Assembly: GCA_951406725.2 (NCBI GenBank)
Contig: OX597824.1
Span: 77,748,001 to 77,812,000 of the forward strand
DNA length: 64,000 nt
Source: Octopus vulgaris
Lineage: Eukaryota
Direction of reading: 5' to 3'
Part shown: piece after piece, positions 24,947 to 39,091 of the stretch
Numbering within the stretch: position 1 is the stretch's first letter
Layout: each line of letters opens with the position of its first letter
Notes under the pieces: model-generated
Databases searched by the model: none
Told to the model about the DNA's origin: nothing
Seen by the model: the letters and a program-made list of their open reading frames with translations, nothing else
Made by a program: the position numbers and the translations under genes

Positions 24947-25344
24947 TCTTTATATATAAAAGTCAAGTTGTGTGTCTGTCTTCTACGATTTAGATTCCTA
25001 ACTACTCCCACGTTTTGCAGTGCAGTTTAACCAAAACCGAGTATCTTATAGTCGTGATTCATATCGAGCCCTTCTGGGTATTAGCGCGCGTCTACGATGA
25101 GTCTACGATTTTAAAAATAATTTACCATAATTTTTTTTCCATTTTAATGCATTTTTTCGCTATTATATAAGGGAAGTAACTCTCTATAAATGTCTACGAT
25201 GCGTCAACGATTTAAAAAAAAATTACCATCATGTTTTTTTCCATTTTTAATGCATTTTTTGCTACTTTTTGGCTATAACACTCTAAAAATGCTTATATAG
25301 TTATTTCCCTTACAAACCCGAGCAACGCCGGGCGATACTGCTAG
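24947..25344 (+). mobile_element. non-autonomous Helitron
   Basis: 5' TC(TTTATATATAAAAG), subterminal hairpin CCCGAGCAACGCCGGG and 3' CTAG; inserted between A and T with no TSD. Three more copies are in the window. Confidence 0.9.
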
Positions 25345-25917
25345 TTATAAATACAAAGAAAGTAGCGAGGATTTCGATAAAACCATTTCTTTAACACTTT
25401 TTGTATTTTTCGGAGATTCATGATAAACCATCAAAGTGACGACAGCGCTAAATAAATAGTTTTTATCAAAATGGTGAATACCTTACTCCAAACAATCTAC
25501 ACACGCACACACAGACACACATGTACGCACACACAAACAAGCGCGTGTTCACACAAACACGCACTCATATAAAAACACGCGGACGTACACACACAAATAT
25601 ACACATATGTACACATATACACACACTCATACATACATACATACATACATACACACAAAAACGCATGCACACACGCACATACATTAACATGTAATAAAAC
25701 AGACTCTATCGAGACTGGTTGAGGTCCGTGTCGGTAAGACCTGTACTATTTTAGCAAAATCGATGAGTGCAAAATCGATAAGATGAGTACAGTAGAATCG
25801 CCGTGGGGGTGGAAGAATAATTTCTTTATCAACTGTCAAATTTTTTCCGAATGGTTAGATATTCAACTCCTCACGACAAGTTCACTGTACACAATTTAGC
25901 CATTTTAGTAATATATA

Positions 25918-26481
25918 CACAGACATGCAGGAAGTAAATAGACACCTTTAATTTTCTAAATTTCTGATCTAAGCGTCTTAATATGTTTTCAGCAGTGTAG
26001 AATTTACAATGTAATTATTCTTTTTCATTCCAGGTGCCATTATATTAAACATTTGCGAAGAGTAACCGTGCCACGCACAAGAAATTCAGCGGAACTGTCA
26101 GATTTTCAAAGAGGTCGTATTTTGGGGCAATCTGAGGCTGGTCTTAGCCAGCGAAAAATTGCCGAAAATTTTCAAATTCCTCTTGCTACTGTCAATAGAA
26201 TTATAGTGCAATTCAAATGCCAAGGAAAAGAATCAACAGATTCTCGTCCCGGCCGTCAAAAAGAAGCTTCGCTGTTTGAAGAGAATTGTGGAAAATGAAT
26301 CTCGTCCGAAGTCTTCGGACATTGCAATACAGCTAGAAATTAGTCCAAGAACGTGTGTTATATATCTACATAAGCTTGGGTATTATGGACGAACAGCTAG
26401 AAGAAAACATCTTCAATCAATTAATATCAAATAAAATATTTTAAAAATTAAATGTGTCTATTTACTTCCAGCATGTCATTG
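25918..26481 (+). mobile_element. internally deleted Tc1 element
   Basis: TIRs CACAGACATGCAGGAAGTAAATAGACAC / GTGTCTATTTACTTCCAGCATGTCATTG with TA flanks. It encodes a Tc1 HTH region, [12 protein letters not shown]...SQRKIA...SRPGR. Confidence 0.88.
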
Positions 26482-26496
26482 TATATACATATATGT

Positions 26497-26537
<41 letters not shown>

Positions 26538-26623
26538 CGTGTGTGTGTCTGTGTGTGTATGTCTGTGTGTGTGTGTACGTGTGTGTGTGTACGCGTGTGT
26601 GTGTGCACGCGTGTGTGTGTGTA

Positions 26624-27906
26624 CAGGGTGTGGTGAATAAATCGTCGTCTAAATTATGCAAAAATGAAAATAACACTGACATCTCATTTTAACAGATATA
26701 TTTACCAAAATTACATTAAAATATCTTGAAATTCTAACGCGTAACTTTATTCAATAAAATCGCCATTGGCTTTAACTACGGCCTCCAGACGACTGCGGAA
26801 TCTCTTCCAACTCTTCTGGACGGTCTCCTTGTTTAAGTTGGTGAATGCTGCATAATCCTTGCCTGTAGTTCATCATTGGTGTTACAAGGCGTTCTGTAGG
26901 ACTCTCGCTCAACTGCGCCCCTCACATAATAATCATGGGGGATGCAGTCTGGAGAAGTAGGTAGCCAGATGTTAGGGGTGATGTGGTCGCAGAAATTATC
27001 TGACAGCCATGACTGGCTTCTTCTACGTGTGTGGCATGGTGCAGAGTTCTGTTGCTAGACATTAGGTCTTCGAACAATCATCCTCTTCACCCAGGGCAGC
27101 ACTATCTGCACCAAGCATTTGATGTAGGCCTCTCCGTTGAATGTGAGGCTGTGTGTGAAGATGAATGGAGACATAACGTCACCATCACTACTGATCACCC
27201 TAAACACTATGATGTTGACTGGATGTTTGATTTTTATCACTCTTGGTACATGTTTTGGGGATAAGGCAACCCAACGGTCAGTCTGAGTGTTCACCATCAG
27301 ACCCTGGCAGAAATTTTTCTCGTCTGAGAAAAACCAAATCATCTTCGGTTGGAGGAGATGCTTCGTAGCTGTCTTTCCGTTTGTCCTTTATGGCTTGGGC
27401 TAAAAATTGGCTCTCTCCCATCTTGTATAAGGAATACGAAATGTCTCCATGCACTACCTACCTGAGAACAAACATAGACACTCCCATATCCCTGGCGATG
27501 GACGAGATTGACTTGGAGGGATCGCTGACAATCATGGCCTGAATCTCACCAACAAATCCGGGAGTTCTTTTCTCATCAGAACGATCAGATTAAGTTTTCC
27601 GAGCTGCCGTACCTTCGTAATCACCATGGCACTCAGCTAAGTGTTTCTGAATCCTCTGCACTGTGCTCAGGTTGATACCCAAACATTCCGAAATGTTTTT
27701 GTTGGAGCTTCCGGTGCGAATGCTAAGCAGTACAGCATATCCTTTCCAAATTTCTAGCAGAGTGACTTGCGTCATGGGGCTGTTTTTCTCACAGACGGTG
27801 CTCAACTGACCCTACTATACTTTGTAATCGATAAAATCAAAAACAAGCAATGCGCATGAGCGGAATTAAAAATATAAAATGGCAACAATTTACCCATCCA
27901 ATCTGT
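26624..27906 (-). mobile_element. decayed maT (DD37D) Tc1/mariner transposon
   Basis: FFSDEKNF; QQNSAPCH (D replaced by N) followed 37 aa later by D in WLPTSPDCIPHDYYV; N-terminal HTH fragment at 27590-27805. It has stops, frameshifts and degenerate ends. Confidence 0.88.
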
Positions 27907-27964
27907 GTATTTGTGTGTGTGTATATATATATATATATGTATGTATGTATTTTTTTTTCTTTCA

Positions 27965-28290
27965 CGTGTTTTAGTCATTTTACTTCGGCCATGCTGGAGC
28001 ACCGCCTTTAGTCGAACAAATAGACCCCGGGACTTATTCTTTGTAAGCATAGTACTTATTGTATCGGTCTCTTTCGCCGAACCGCTGGGAACGTAAACAC
28101 AACAGCATCGGTTGTCAAGCGATATTAGGGGAACAAATACAGCACACACAAACACATACACGCACAGATATAGAAATATAGATATACATATACGACCGGC
28201 TTCTTCCAGTTTCCGTCTACGAAATCCACTCACAAAGATTTGGTCGGTTCGAGGCTACACTTGCGGAAGATGAACCCAGAACCATGTTTT
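27965..28290 (-). mobile_element. SINE family A, diverged
   Basis: Similar to the family A tail and body. Confidence 0.8.
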
Positions 28291-29143
28291 CGCGAAGAAA
28301 CCACATGAGCGACACACTCATGCGAAGTCGAGGGTAGCCGAACGTCATCGCTTCCGTATTTAGCTACATGTCTCACTATGATCGGCTTTGTCTTTCATCT
28401 CGGTATCCATTAGCATGAATACCAGCCAATCCCTAGTATCATCATCATCGACTTTAATCATCACCAAAAATGAACGGTTTTGCGTCATTCAGTTGTGTCT
28501 CAAACAATCTGCGTTCAATCTCTGCCGGAGTTGATTTTGTTTTTTGATTCTTTTTGTTATTTCATGTAGTTCAATAAAAAATAAGTACCAATCAAATTCG
28601 ATCGACAATATACTGGGCGTGCCAATGTAATTGACTGTAAGCCCGTCAATAGAATTTCGTGTGTTTGTGACAATTATCGTTTTATAAAAAGAAAGACTAG
28701 TTGTAGTCGATTACGTCAATCACAGATTTTCCCTCTCTGAATAACTGCCGGCCGCCATTTTGTTGCTAGTAACTATCTTTGAAGGTATTACCGTTGTTGC
28801 TGTTGTTTATAAAGTGTTGATGGCGATGATGATGGTGAGGATTATGATGACTGTTATAGTAATGTTTATTGCTGAGATTGCAGTTATTCATGCTATTGTG
28901 ATGTTTCCGCTTTTTCAATGATTCTTACATTTATCTTTCGCTCTCCTTCTCTTTATTCTTCTTCTCTCTTTTTTTTTTTTGTTCTCACTCTCTTCTTTCG
29001 TCTTACGCCTACTTCTTTTATCTATTCCGCTAACATGGTTCTTCTATTCACAATTCCTTGCCCACTTTATTTAAAAGACTCCTTTCTACTTACAAATCCT
29101 ACAATTGTGTGGGACAACCTACAAAAACACGGAAATTTACATT

Positions 29144-29255
<112 letters not shown>

Positions 29256-30058
29256 CGAAAAAAAAGAGGGAGAGGGAAAAAGAAGGCTAGAAAGAAAGAA
29301 GAAAATGGCGACTGAGAACCAAAAGTGTTTTCCATGTCACAATAATTCAGAAACGCTATAATCTGAATAGTACAATGAGGGGGCTTTTCTTTCTAGATTC
29401 GTCTAATATTTGTTCCTTCATAATAAACGACAAAAAGCGTTCGTGTTTAGTGGTGTAATAATAACAGATAAACACAAAGGCGTTTCTTTGAAGAAGAAAA
29501 AACACCCACACACATATACTTAGACACACACGGACATTTTTGTTTTTGCTTTCCGCCATTTTTATTATGTTTTTTTTCGTTTTGCTTTACTTTATTGACT
29601 GTTTATCCTTTTATAATTCTTCTTAAATATTGTATTTCGTATGATTCCATTTTCGACCATCATCATCATCATTATCATCATCATACTCATCAGCATCATC
29701 ATCATTATCATCATCATCATTATCATCATCATCATCATCGTCGTCGTCGTTGTTATTCTTGTTATAATTTTCATTTATTTATTTATTTATTTATTCATTT
29801 ATTTATTTTCTTTTGTGCTTATCAAATAGTCACTTTTTACAAGTTTATTCATTTACGCAACTTTGTTCAGTAACTAGTCTAAGTCAATGAATTGCGGCCA
29901 TGCAGTTGCTATCGCCGCCTTTAAGAATATAAATTTGGTTATACAAACCATTTTCCTCTATACTAAGCACTTATTTTTTCTTGGCTTAGGTCGAAATAAC
30001 ACAATTGACCAGAACAGAAATTGAACAGAAAACATAAAGTGAAAGACTTTATGCTTTA

Positions 30059-30452
30059 CTAGCAGTATTGCCCGGCGTTGCTCGGGTTTGTAAGGGAAAT
30101 AACTATAAAGCATTTTTAGAGAGTTATAGCCAAAAAATAGCAAAAAATGCATTAAAAATGGAAAAAATATGATGGTAAATTTTTTTTAAAATCGTTGACT
30201 CATCGTAGAGATTTTCAGAGAGTTACTTCCCTTATATTTAAAAAGATATGCATTAAAATGGAAAAGAATGATGGTAAATTATTTTTAAAATAGTAGACTC
30301 ATCGTAGACGCGCGCTATTACCCAGAAGGGCTCGATATGAATCACGACTATAAGATACCCGGTTTTGGTTAAACTGCACCGCAAAATGTGGGAGTAGTTA
30401 GGAATCTAAATCGGAGTAGACAGACACACAACCTTACTTTTATATATAAAGA
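30059..30452 (-). mobile_element. non-autonomous Helitron (copy 2)
   Basis: Reverse complement of the 24947 element, with TC...hairpin-CTAG termini. Confidence 0.9.
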
Positions 30453-30962
30453 CTAGCAGTATCGCCCGGCGTTGCTCGGGTTTGTAAGGGAAATAACTAT
30501 ATAAGCATTTTTAGAGAGTTACTTCCCTTATATTTGCCAATTCGGGCTTTCTTAGCCATTTCTGTTTTGGTGTCTTCAAGCCATGAAGTCGTTCTAAAAG
30601 AACGCTGGTCTCCTTGACAACGCTTTACGACGTTGATTTCCTTACACTCCCTTCCCCACAGCTTCACGAGGGAGGGAAGAAGGGGAAGAAGCAAACAGGT
30701 GCAGGTGTGACCATGGACGCCAACTCCGCCGCCATCGACACACGAAAAATTATGCTTTAAAATGGAATAAAAAATGATGTTAAATTATTTTTAAAATCGT
30801 AGACTCATCGTTGACGCGCGCTAATACTCAGGCGGGCTCGATATGAATCACGACTATAAGATACCCGAATTTGGTTAAACTGCACCGCAAAATGTGGGAG
30901 TAGTTAGGAATCTAAATCGAAGGGGACTGACACTCACACAACTACAGTTTTATATATATAGA
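30453..30962 (-). mobile_element. non-autonomous Helitron (copy 3) with different internal segment, fused head-to-tail to copy 2
   Basis: Same termini; unique internal sequence at about 30533-30750; the junction reads CTAG|TCTTTATATA on the minus strand. Confidence 0.9.
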
Positions 30963-31171
30963 TATCACTGCTTATTTTTTCCGACATTCAAACGAATCTG
31001 GAATGCGACGCGCTATTTCTAGTGTGTCGCCTTCGTTGAATTGTCGACATCGCATTCGTCGTTATCGTCCTTGCGTCGTCTTCATCGTCGTTGCTGACGT
31101 CATTGGCGTCGTCGACGTAGTTGTAATCGTGGACGTCTTTGTATTCGTCGACGTCGGTATAGTGGTCATTA

Positions 31172-31476
31172 AGGCGGCGAGCTGGCAGAAACGTTAGCAC
31201 GCCGTGCGAAATGCTTAGCGGTATTTCGCCTGCCGCTACGTTCTGAGTTCAAATTCTGCCGAGGTCGACTTTGCCTTTCATCCTTTCGGGGTCGATTAAA
31301 TAAATACCAGTCACGCACTGGGGTCGATATAATCGACTTAATCCGTTTGTCTGTCCTTGTTTGTCCTCTCTGTGTTTAGCCCCTTGTGGGTAGTAAAGAA
31401 ATAGGTATTTCGCCTGCCGCTACGTTCTGAGTTCAAATTCCGCCGAGGTCGACTTTGCCTTTCATCCTTTCGGGGA
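31172..31476 (+). mobile_element. SINE family B, one unit plus a partial second unit
   Basis: Junction TAAAGAAATA|GGTATTTCG at 31403/31404. Confidence 0.9.
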
Positions 31477-31512
31477 TGGTGGTGGTGGTAGCAGTAATAA
31501 TAATAATAATAA

Positions 31513-31586
<74 letters not shown>

Positions 31587-31748
31587 TTTGTTGTTTTAAC
31601 TGTTCCGCTCCAATAGTTCCTTCGCTATAAAAGTCATGATGAAAGACATTCCAGCCGTGACCATCAAGTATTTTGCTTTTCAACTTAGTTTACTATCTAT
31701 ATCTATAGTATAAACAGTATGTATGTGTGTGTGTATGTGCACATAGAG

Positions 31749-31805
<57 letters not shown>

Positions 31806-31865
31806 TATAGATAAATAGATAGATAGATAAATAGATAGATGTATGGATAGATGTATGGATAGATA

Positions 31866-34755
31866 AGTTTCTTTATTGGCCACACAGGGCTGCACACAGA
31901 TGGGACAAGTTACAAGGTAGAGCTTTTCTTTTGGGGGATGAAAAAAACAAAAAACAAAAGAAAAAAATAATAATAATAAATAAATAAAATAAAAAATAAA
32001 AAGAATGAAAAAAAAAGAAAAGGAAAAGGAACAAAAGAAAAGAGAAATGAAAAAAGAAGAAAAAAGGGGAAAAAAGGGGAAGAGGAAAAAAAAGAACGAT
32101 CAATAGGGATCGTGTATCACAGTGTTATGATACATGGTGTAAAGGGGAAAGCAAGTAAGGTTTATCCGTGGCAAGAAAAGCCTACGAAAAAGACCACGGT
32201 AACCTTGGTCAATATTGTTATATGTTACCACATTTGTTTGCAAGTGGGTAACCCTCTGTTTTCAATTCCTGGGTTCATAGGATTATGCTCAAGGTGACTT
32301 CGTCATTCATACGTGCCATCCTTGCTACATTCACCCATCTTTTTTTAAAACATTCGCTAGACAAAACTTGCCTCTCTACTCTCACTTTCCTTTTCAAGTG
32401 GTACTTGAAGAAGTTGATGAGAGATTGACCAGAGAGGAAAGTGTTTGTCTCCAATCCTTTCAGACGCGTCCACCAGATACATTCTTTCGCCATAGCCACA
32501 AGGATGATGAAAATAGCTCTTCCGTCCCGTTTGAAGGAAGGAGGCGTGACAATATTGACAATAGACTCAGCTGATAAACCGACTCGTCCCACACGTGACA
32601 GCAGTTGTTCGACACAAGCCCAGAAGTCGTAAATTGTTGGACACTGCACGAGTGCGTGCAGAACGGTTTCGTCGCTCAGACCGCATCTCGGGCAGGTCGG
32701 CTCCGTGTTTCTCGAGCCGTGTCTGTAGAGCTTATCCCGAACGGGTAGCGCTTCTCGGTAACACTGCCAGGCCAGGGATCTCTGGAAGTTGTCCATGGGC
32801 CTTGGCCCGAAAGTCGTCCTGAACAGGGGGGTCAGGTATTCCTCGTCGACGTCCAGGTTCGCCTCGAGCTCGTCGTCGTACCTCCCCTCCACTAATCCCC
32901 TATAGAATGCTTTGGTTGTGTTGAAGTCACTCAAGGTCGACCCAGGACGGCAGGGTTGCTTGAGAGCAACGCGACACTCGCGGTGCCATTCGCCCTTCCT
33001 CGGCCTCTTTTTGATCCACGACTGCAGTTCGGTCATGGAGACGAGCTGCGAGAAAGCGTGCCTCACAGACGGCGACCACACCTGTTCACCGTCGTCTACA
33101 TAGAGCCGGAGATGTCGCAGTCTCAGCGCGTGTCTGCGCATCATCAACCACGACATGCCCAGCCCTCCTTTTAACGGGTGTTGACAGCAAATGGATCGCC
33201 TGACCATCGGGACGCATCCTTTCCACAAGAAGCGAAAGAGAATGCGTTGTAGTTTGGTGAGGGTTGGGTCGGGACAAGGTACGACGGTCAGGCGGTAGTA
33301 GATGACGGACGCGATGTACGTGTTCGCCACCTCCGCCCGACCTTTTAGGGACAGTTTCCTCTCGGCCCATTGCCGGGGGAGAGTGACCACCCTACTCGTT
33401 ATCTCGTTCCAGTTCTTCTACACTTGGAGGTCCGGACCAAACCAGACCCCGAGCAACTCAACCGGGCCGTCGGTCCAGCGTCCCACGACGGAGGCGCTGG
33501 TGGACGGCATGGGCTTGCTTCTCCAGGTGCCTAGTCGCAAGCCCACTGACTTTTCCCGGTTGATTTTCGCTCCTGTCACCGCTTCGTAGTTTTTCAGTGT
33601 CTCGCCGAACTGCTCGATGTGCTCGTGGCTAGACACTATGACGATGACTCGTCCGCGTATGCAGACACGCTCGTCCCGCATCCCAGTTCTCGCGGGATGC
33701 CCCTCAAAGTTGCCAGCTTCCGCAATAATGGCTCGAGAGACAATACGTATAGAAGCGACGAGAGGGGGCATCCCTGACGGGCCGAACGTGCGATGCCGAA
33801 GGGTCTCGATAGATGTCCATTCACGCGAATTACCGAACGGATGCCTCTGTACAAAGCGGCTATCCAGCCGCGGAAGACGGGACCGAAGCCAGCCGCTCTG
33901 AGGACCGCCTCCAAGTATCGATGGTCTACCCCATCGAAAGCTTTCGATTGATCCAAATTGATCAGCGCTCCACCCATGCCAGGTTCGTTAACTACCCTGT
34001 CTATGATGTAGCGCATCAGGTGGAGGTTGTCATCGATGGTCCGGCCTGGCACGGCGCATGTTTGCGCCTTGTCGACCAGTTTCTCGATGACAAGCGCCAA
34101 CCTCTTGGCTAGCACCTAGGCCAAAATTTTCAAGTTTGCATTAAGCAGAGTGATGGGCCTAAAGTTATCTATTACACTTCCCTTGTTTAGATCTTTCTTC
34201 AGCAGTGTTACGGCTCCTCGGCTCACAAAACCAGGAATGCTCCCGTTTTGCTGCCAGTTGCAGTACACCGCCGCCAAAAGATCTCCAAACAAGTCTGGCA
34301 TACAATTGTAAAGCTCGTAGGGTAGACCATCCAAACCCGGTGATTTGTCCCTCGAGCATTCTGCCATCGCGTCCTGCACTTCCGCCGCCGTGATGGCACC
34401 TTCACAGCACCCTGCCTTTCTTGTCGAGAGTCGTGGTAGGCTATGTAGGTAGGCACTGAAGTCTACCCTACGTTCTTGCCCTCCACTCGTCCCGAACAGA
34501 CTGAAAGGCCTCACACATTTTACTTAGCTCGAGCAATTCGCGCCCCTGTTCATCTACCAGGGACCGAATGGTGGCTTTGTTGCCCTGTTGCGCCTCTGCC
34601 ACCCGGGCCTCTCTCGCGGCTCCAACACTTTCGTTCCTCAGAGCACGCATCCTAGCTCTGACAGCACATCCTTCGTGTTTGGCGTTGAAGTGTTGGTCGA
34701 GGGCCAACCTCGCCGCCAAAACGTCGGATGTGATGCCGCTTCTAATTGCCTCTTC

Positions 34756-34756
<1 letters not shown>
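31866..34756 (-). mobile_element. 5'-truncated Tx1-like (L1 clade) LINE; ORF2 reverse transcriptase broken by frameshifts
   Basis: Motifs KSPGLDGLPYE, NFRPITLLNANLKILA, LDQSKAFD, RQGCPLS, SAYAD, LSLKGRAEV and C-terminal CPRC..ETVLHALVQC. A T-rich 3' UTR ends AATAAAGAAAC, and (GATA)n lies on both flanks. Confidence 0.93.
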
Positions 34757-34826
<70 letters not shown>

Positions 34827-34837
34827 CTAGATGGATG

Positions 34838-34900
<63 letters not shown>

Positions 34901-34974
34901 GGATAGATAGATAGATGGATAGATAGATAAATAGATAGATAAATAGATGTATGGATAGATAGATAAATAGATGT

Positions 34975-35028
<54 letters not shown>

Positions 35029-35879
35029 GACGGGCTTTCATACAGTTTCCGCCCTCTAAATTCGGATTTATAGCAGAAGACACTTGCCCAAGATGCTCCA
35101 CTGTGGGAGAGAACATGAGACTACATGGTTACATCGGAGCTTTTATTTTTATTCACTTATATATTTGGTCTTGTTTTAAGACTGTTGGAACTGTTATGAG
35201 CGAGTGATTTGGTTGTTATTTCTAGCCTGTCGAGTGTCTACATAAAAGCTTATGCATTATGTTCTATAATAAGTAGTGTAGTAAATGCAGCGTCTTCTAC
35301 AGAAGAAAATGTGTGTGTGTGTGTTTGTGTGTGTGTCTGTGTGTGTGCATGTGTTTGTGTGTTTCTTTGAAGCAGAAATCGATATTTATTTTAAAAATCA
35401 TCAAAAGAAATCAATACTTGTGAAAGTTGTACTAAACGACATTGTCCCATTTATCCAGAAACTCTGAACAGGTAGAGACGGAGTTACAGGCGGAATAGGC
35501 ATTGTACTCGAGCAGTTTAAAACTCCAGCTACGCCTTTTCTAATACTATTCACCTATCCATGAACATCACACAAGCTCCTTTTTTACACAACAGAAGTAA
35601 TTATAACGAACGAGGTGGATCCTCTACATGGTCGCTCATCCTATTAGAAACAACAGCCACATTACCCTTAAATCCTGCCGTTTGCTTGAATGCAAGCCGT
35701 CCTATAATATATGGGTTCTCAACTGGTTTTTATCCAGCTAACTGGTTTCTTCTGCAGTCCAACAGTGGAAGACATTGAGCAAATGCCTTCATCTATAGTC
35801 CAGGACTAACAAATGCCTTGTGAATGAATTTCGTAGCCGGAAACTGTGTGGCAGCCCGTTGCATGCGTGTGTGTGTGTA

Positions 35880-35921
<42 letters not shown>

Positions 35922-36132
35922 GTCTGTCTTTGTAGTAGTCCCTACCACCGCTTGACAACCGGTGTTGGATTATTTATATTTCCATAGTCTAGAAGTCCGG
36001 CCAAAAAATACCAATAGAATAAGATGAGACATGAAAAAAAAGAAAGAACTGGTGTCACCTTATTCTACTAAATACTTCAAGGCTGTGCCCAAGCAAGACC
36101 ACAGAGGGAAAGGTAAAAAATGTAAAAAGTAA

Positions 36133-36262
36133 TTTATTTCTTTATTGCCCACAGGGGGCTAAACATAGAGCAGACAAACAAGGACAGACAAAGGGATTAA
36201 GTCGATTACATCTACCCAGTCCGTAACTGGTACTTATTTAATCGACCCCGAAAGGATGAAAG
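36133..36262 (-). mobile_element. SINE family B 3' fragment
   Basis: Matches the family B tail. Confidence 0.8.
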
Positions 36263-36858
36263 ACAGTAATTGAAAAGGCACTCATAATGAGTAGAAACAA
36301 TCATTAACGTAATTAGGAAATTTTAGGGGAAGTGAAGGAATTTCAATTAAAGAAAATGAATTTTCAAAAATACAATATAAGGAGGGAACACGTCCGATTT
36401 TTGGTCGTCGTCATGTCGAAGAAATAAATGCGATATGATCTGTGAAGGCCAAGAGTTTGAAGTGGTAGACGGAAAAATCCTATTTGAAATTTATTCGTTT
36501 CAAGGAATTTGAAAAGGAGAAATGAAACAGATAAAGTGTTCTGAAGTGAAGTAAACTGAAATAGTGACTGAATCGGCGGCCTAAAAACTCAGTTTGGAAA
36601 GAAATTAATTCTTGTGGTTGTGTTCTATACAATATGTCAATATCCAAATCTATATCTACGTATATTCTTTCTTCTCTCGATACGTATGTGTGTGACACAC
36701 ACATACACGTACGCGCACACAGACACATATATATAGATATATATACATGTATATATGTAGATATATGAATACATACATCCATATAAACATACATACGTAT
36801 GCACATATATACAAAATCGCGCGCATACATACATTCATGCATACTTAAGTATGTGTGT

Positions 36859-36892
<34 letters not shown>

Positions 36893-36931
36893 AATAGATA
36901 GATAGATAGATAGATAATAAATAGATGGATG

Positions 36932-37010
<79 letters not shown>

Positions 37011-37180
37011 TGATAGACAGAGAGATAGATGGATGTTAATTTTAAGGATGATGTTTTAAAAGACTCTTAAGAATAACCGCAGAATATTAGCTGATGAAAG
37101 GAATCGATACAAGTTGTAGAACCAATTTTATTAAGGAACTCGTTTGGGCTGTGAATTCCAATGATGCCTAAGAGATTTGA

Positions 37181-37250
<70 letters not shown>

Positions 37251-37271
37251 ACCACCACCACCACCACCACC

Positions 37272-37335
<64 letters not shown>

Positions 37336-37351
<16 letters not shown>

Positions 37352-37845
37352 TAATATGTGGCTCTCATGGCTTCGTATCTTTAGTAATTGGAAGTGTTAT
37401 CGTGTACATTGTTTTGTCTTGGTATTAAAGATGTGCTACAGCAAATATTCTGCTCAGTACTACAAATGTGATGGTCAGTTGATTCACCTTAACCAGTTGT
37501 GGCTCAAAATATATGCATCTCTGAACATCGTAATCATGTGTTGAGAGGAATTCTTTGGGGTTTGGTTAATTCCCTTCTGGAAACATCGGTGTTTTGTTCA
37601 TCATCCTTAAAACAAACTTTATTCAGGGACATTTTCAGCGGGATGGGCTACTCGATCTGACAAAAATTTTAACTGGACTCCACCCGCAAGATCATGCGCT
37701 GTTTCTCTTCATATGTGATCACTATGTCGCGCACATATGGTTGTGATGCATGTGCCTGGTGTACCCTTATCAGACGGGTAATCATGATGGGTATACTTGG
37801 CTTCGTATATTTTAACCCAGTGTCACTTTGATGACATGCACTCAG
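37336..37845 (+). repeat. non-coding interspersed element X between (TAA)n tracts
   Basis: The 3' ~320 bp are homologous to 39368-39703, and both copies end in AAT/AAC repeats. Confidence 0.75.
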
Positions 37846-37873
37846 TAACAACAGCAACAACAACAATAATAAC

Positions 37874-37920
<47 letters not shown>

Positions 37921-37922
<2 letters not shown>

Positions 37923-39060
37923 GGAAACTGTTGACAATGCATAGAATGCACCACCCTAAGGCAGATACAGAACGACTATATCTGCCAAGAAAGAGGGAGG
38001 CCGTGGTCTTTTGCAACTGGCAATAACAATGAAGATTGCTACAATTGGCCTAGACACCTACCTGAAAAACTCTGAGGACTGGATGCTAAAACTTGTCTCA
38101 AAACATGAAAACAAGAAAGCATCATACTCAGTCACAAAACAGGCAAAGGAATATCTAAGTGAACTCCGAATACAACCAATTTCGGAATTAGAGATAGATA
38201 TACAAGAAACAAGCACAGAAAAAGCTAGGCGCATGAAAACCCGTGCCAAAACTGCGGCCTTAGATATTCTGAATAATAAATGGCAAGAAAAACCTCTCTA
38301 TGGCAAATACCCAAAGAGAGCGAATAATGCAGATATCGACAAAGCCCTGACCCATCAATGGCTAATGGCCTCTGGCTTAAAATCTGAAACAGAGGGGTTT
38401 ATCATAGCAGCTCAAGATCAATGCCTACCAACAAGAAACTACCAGGCCAACATATTAAAGATCAGAAGCAGTCCAACGTGTCGTGTATGCAAGCAACAAA
38501 ATGAAACCATTGACCATGTGGTCTCCAAGTGCAGTCTTCTAGCGCCTACAGAGTATCTCAACAGGCACGATAGAGCTGCACAATATATTCACTGGGTAAT
38601 CTGTAAAAACCTGGATTTGCCCCATGAAAAAAACTGGTGGGAACACAAACCACCCCAGTGCTTGAAAATGACCACATCTCACTCCTCTGGAACTTCACCA
38701 TTCAAACTGACAGGAAGATAGATGCAAATAGGCCAGACATCATATTGAAAAACTTCAAACAAAGAACATGCCTCCTCATTGATATGACTGTCCCAATCGA
38801 TATAAACGTATCTGTCAAGACCTATCAAAAACTGAGCAAATATAAAGATCTTGAAATAGAAATCAGCAAAATGTGGAAGCTGAAGACTAAAACAATACCT
38901 GTTGTCATAGGTGCCCTGGGAATGATAGCAAAAGGGGCTGATAGCTACCTAACTCAGATACATGGCAGAAGTTCAAAAGATAGTGCTCATGGGAACTGCT
39001 CATATCCTACGCAAAATACTCTCTATGTAATCTCAAGGTTTAAAACAAACATAATTTTCG

Positions 39061-39091
<31 letters not shown>

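Noticed and set aside
30988-31200. acidic ORF / GTC-rich segment
   Set aside because: It is a decayed (GTC/ATC)n trinucleotide tract running into a SINE head.
32368-34762. plus-strand ORFs overlapping the Tx1-like LINE
   Set aside because: They are antisense shadows of a GC-rich RT coding region.
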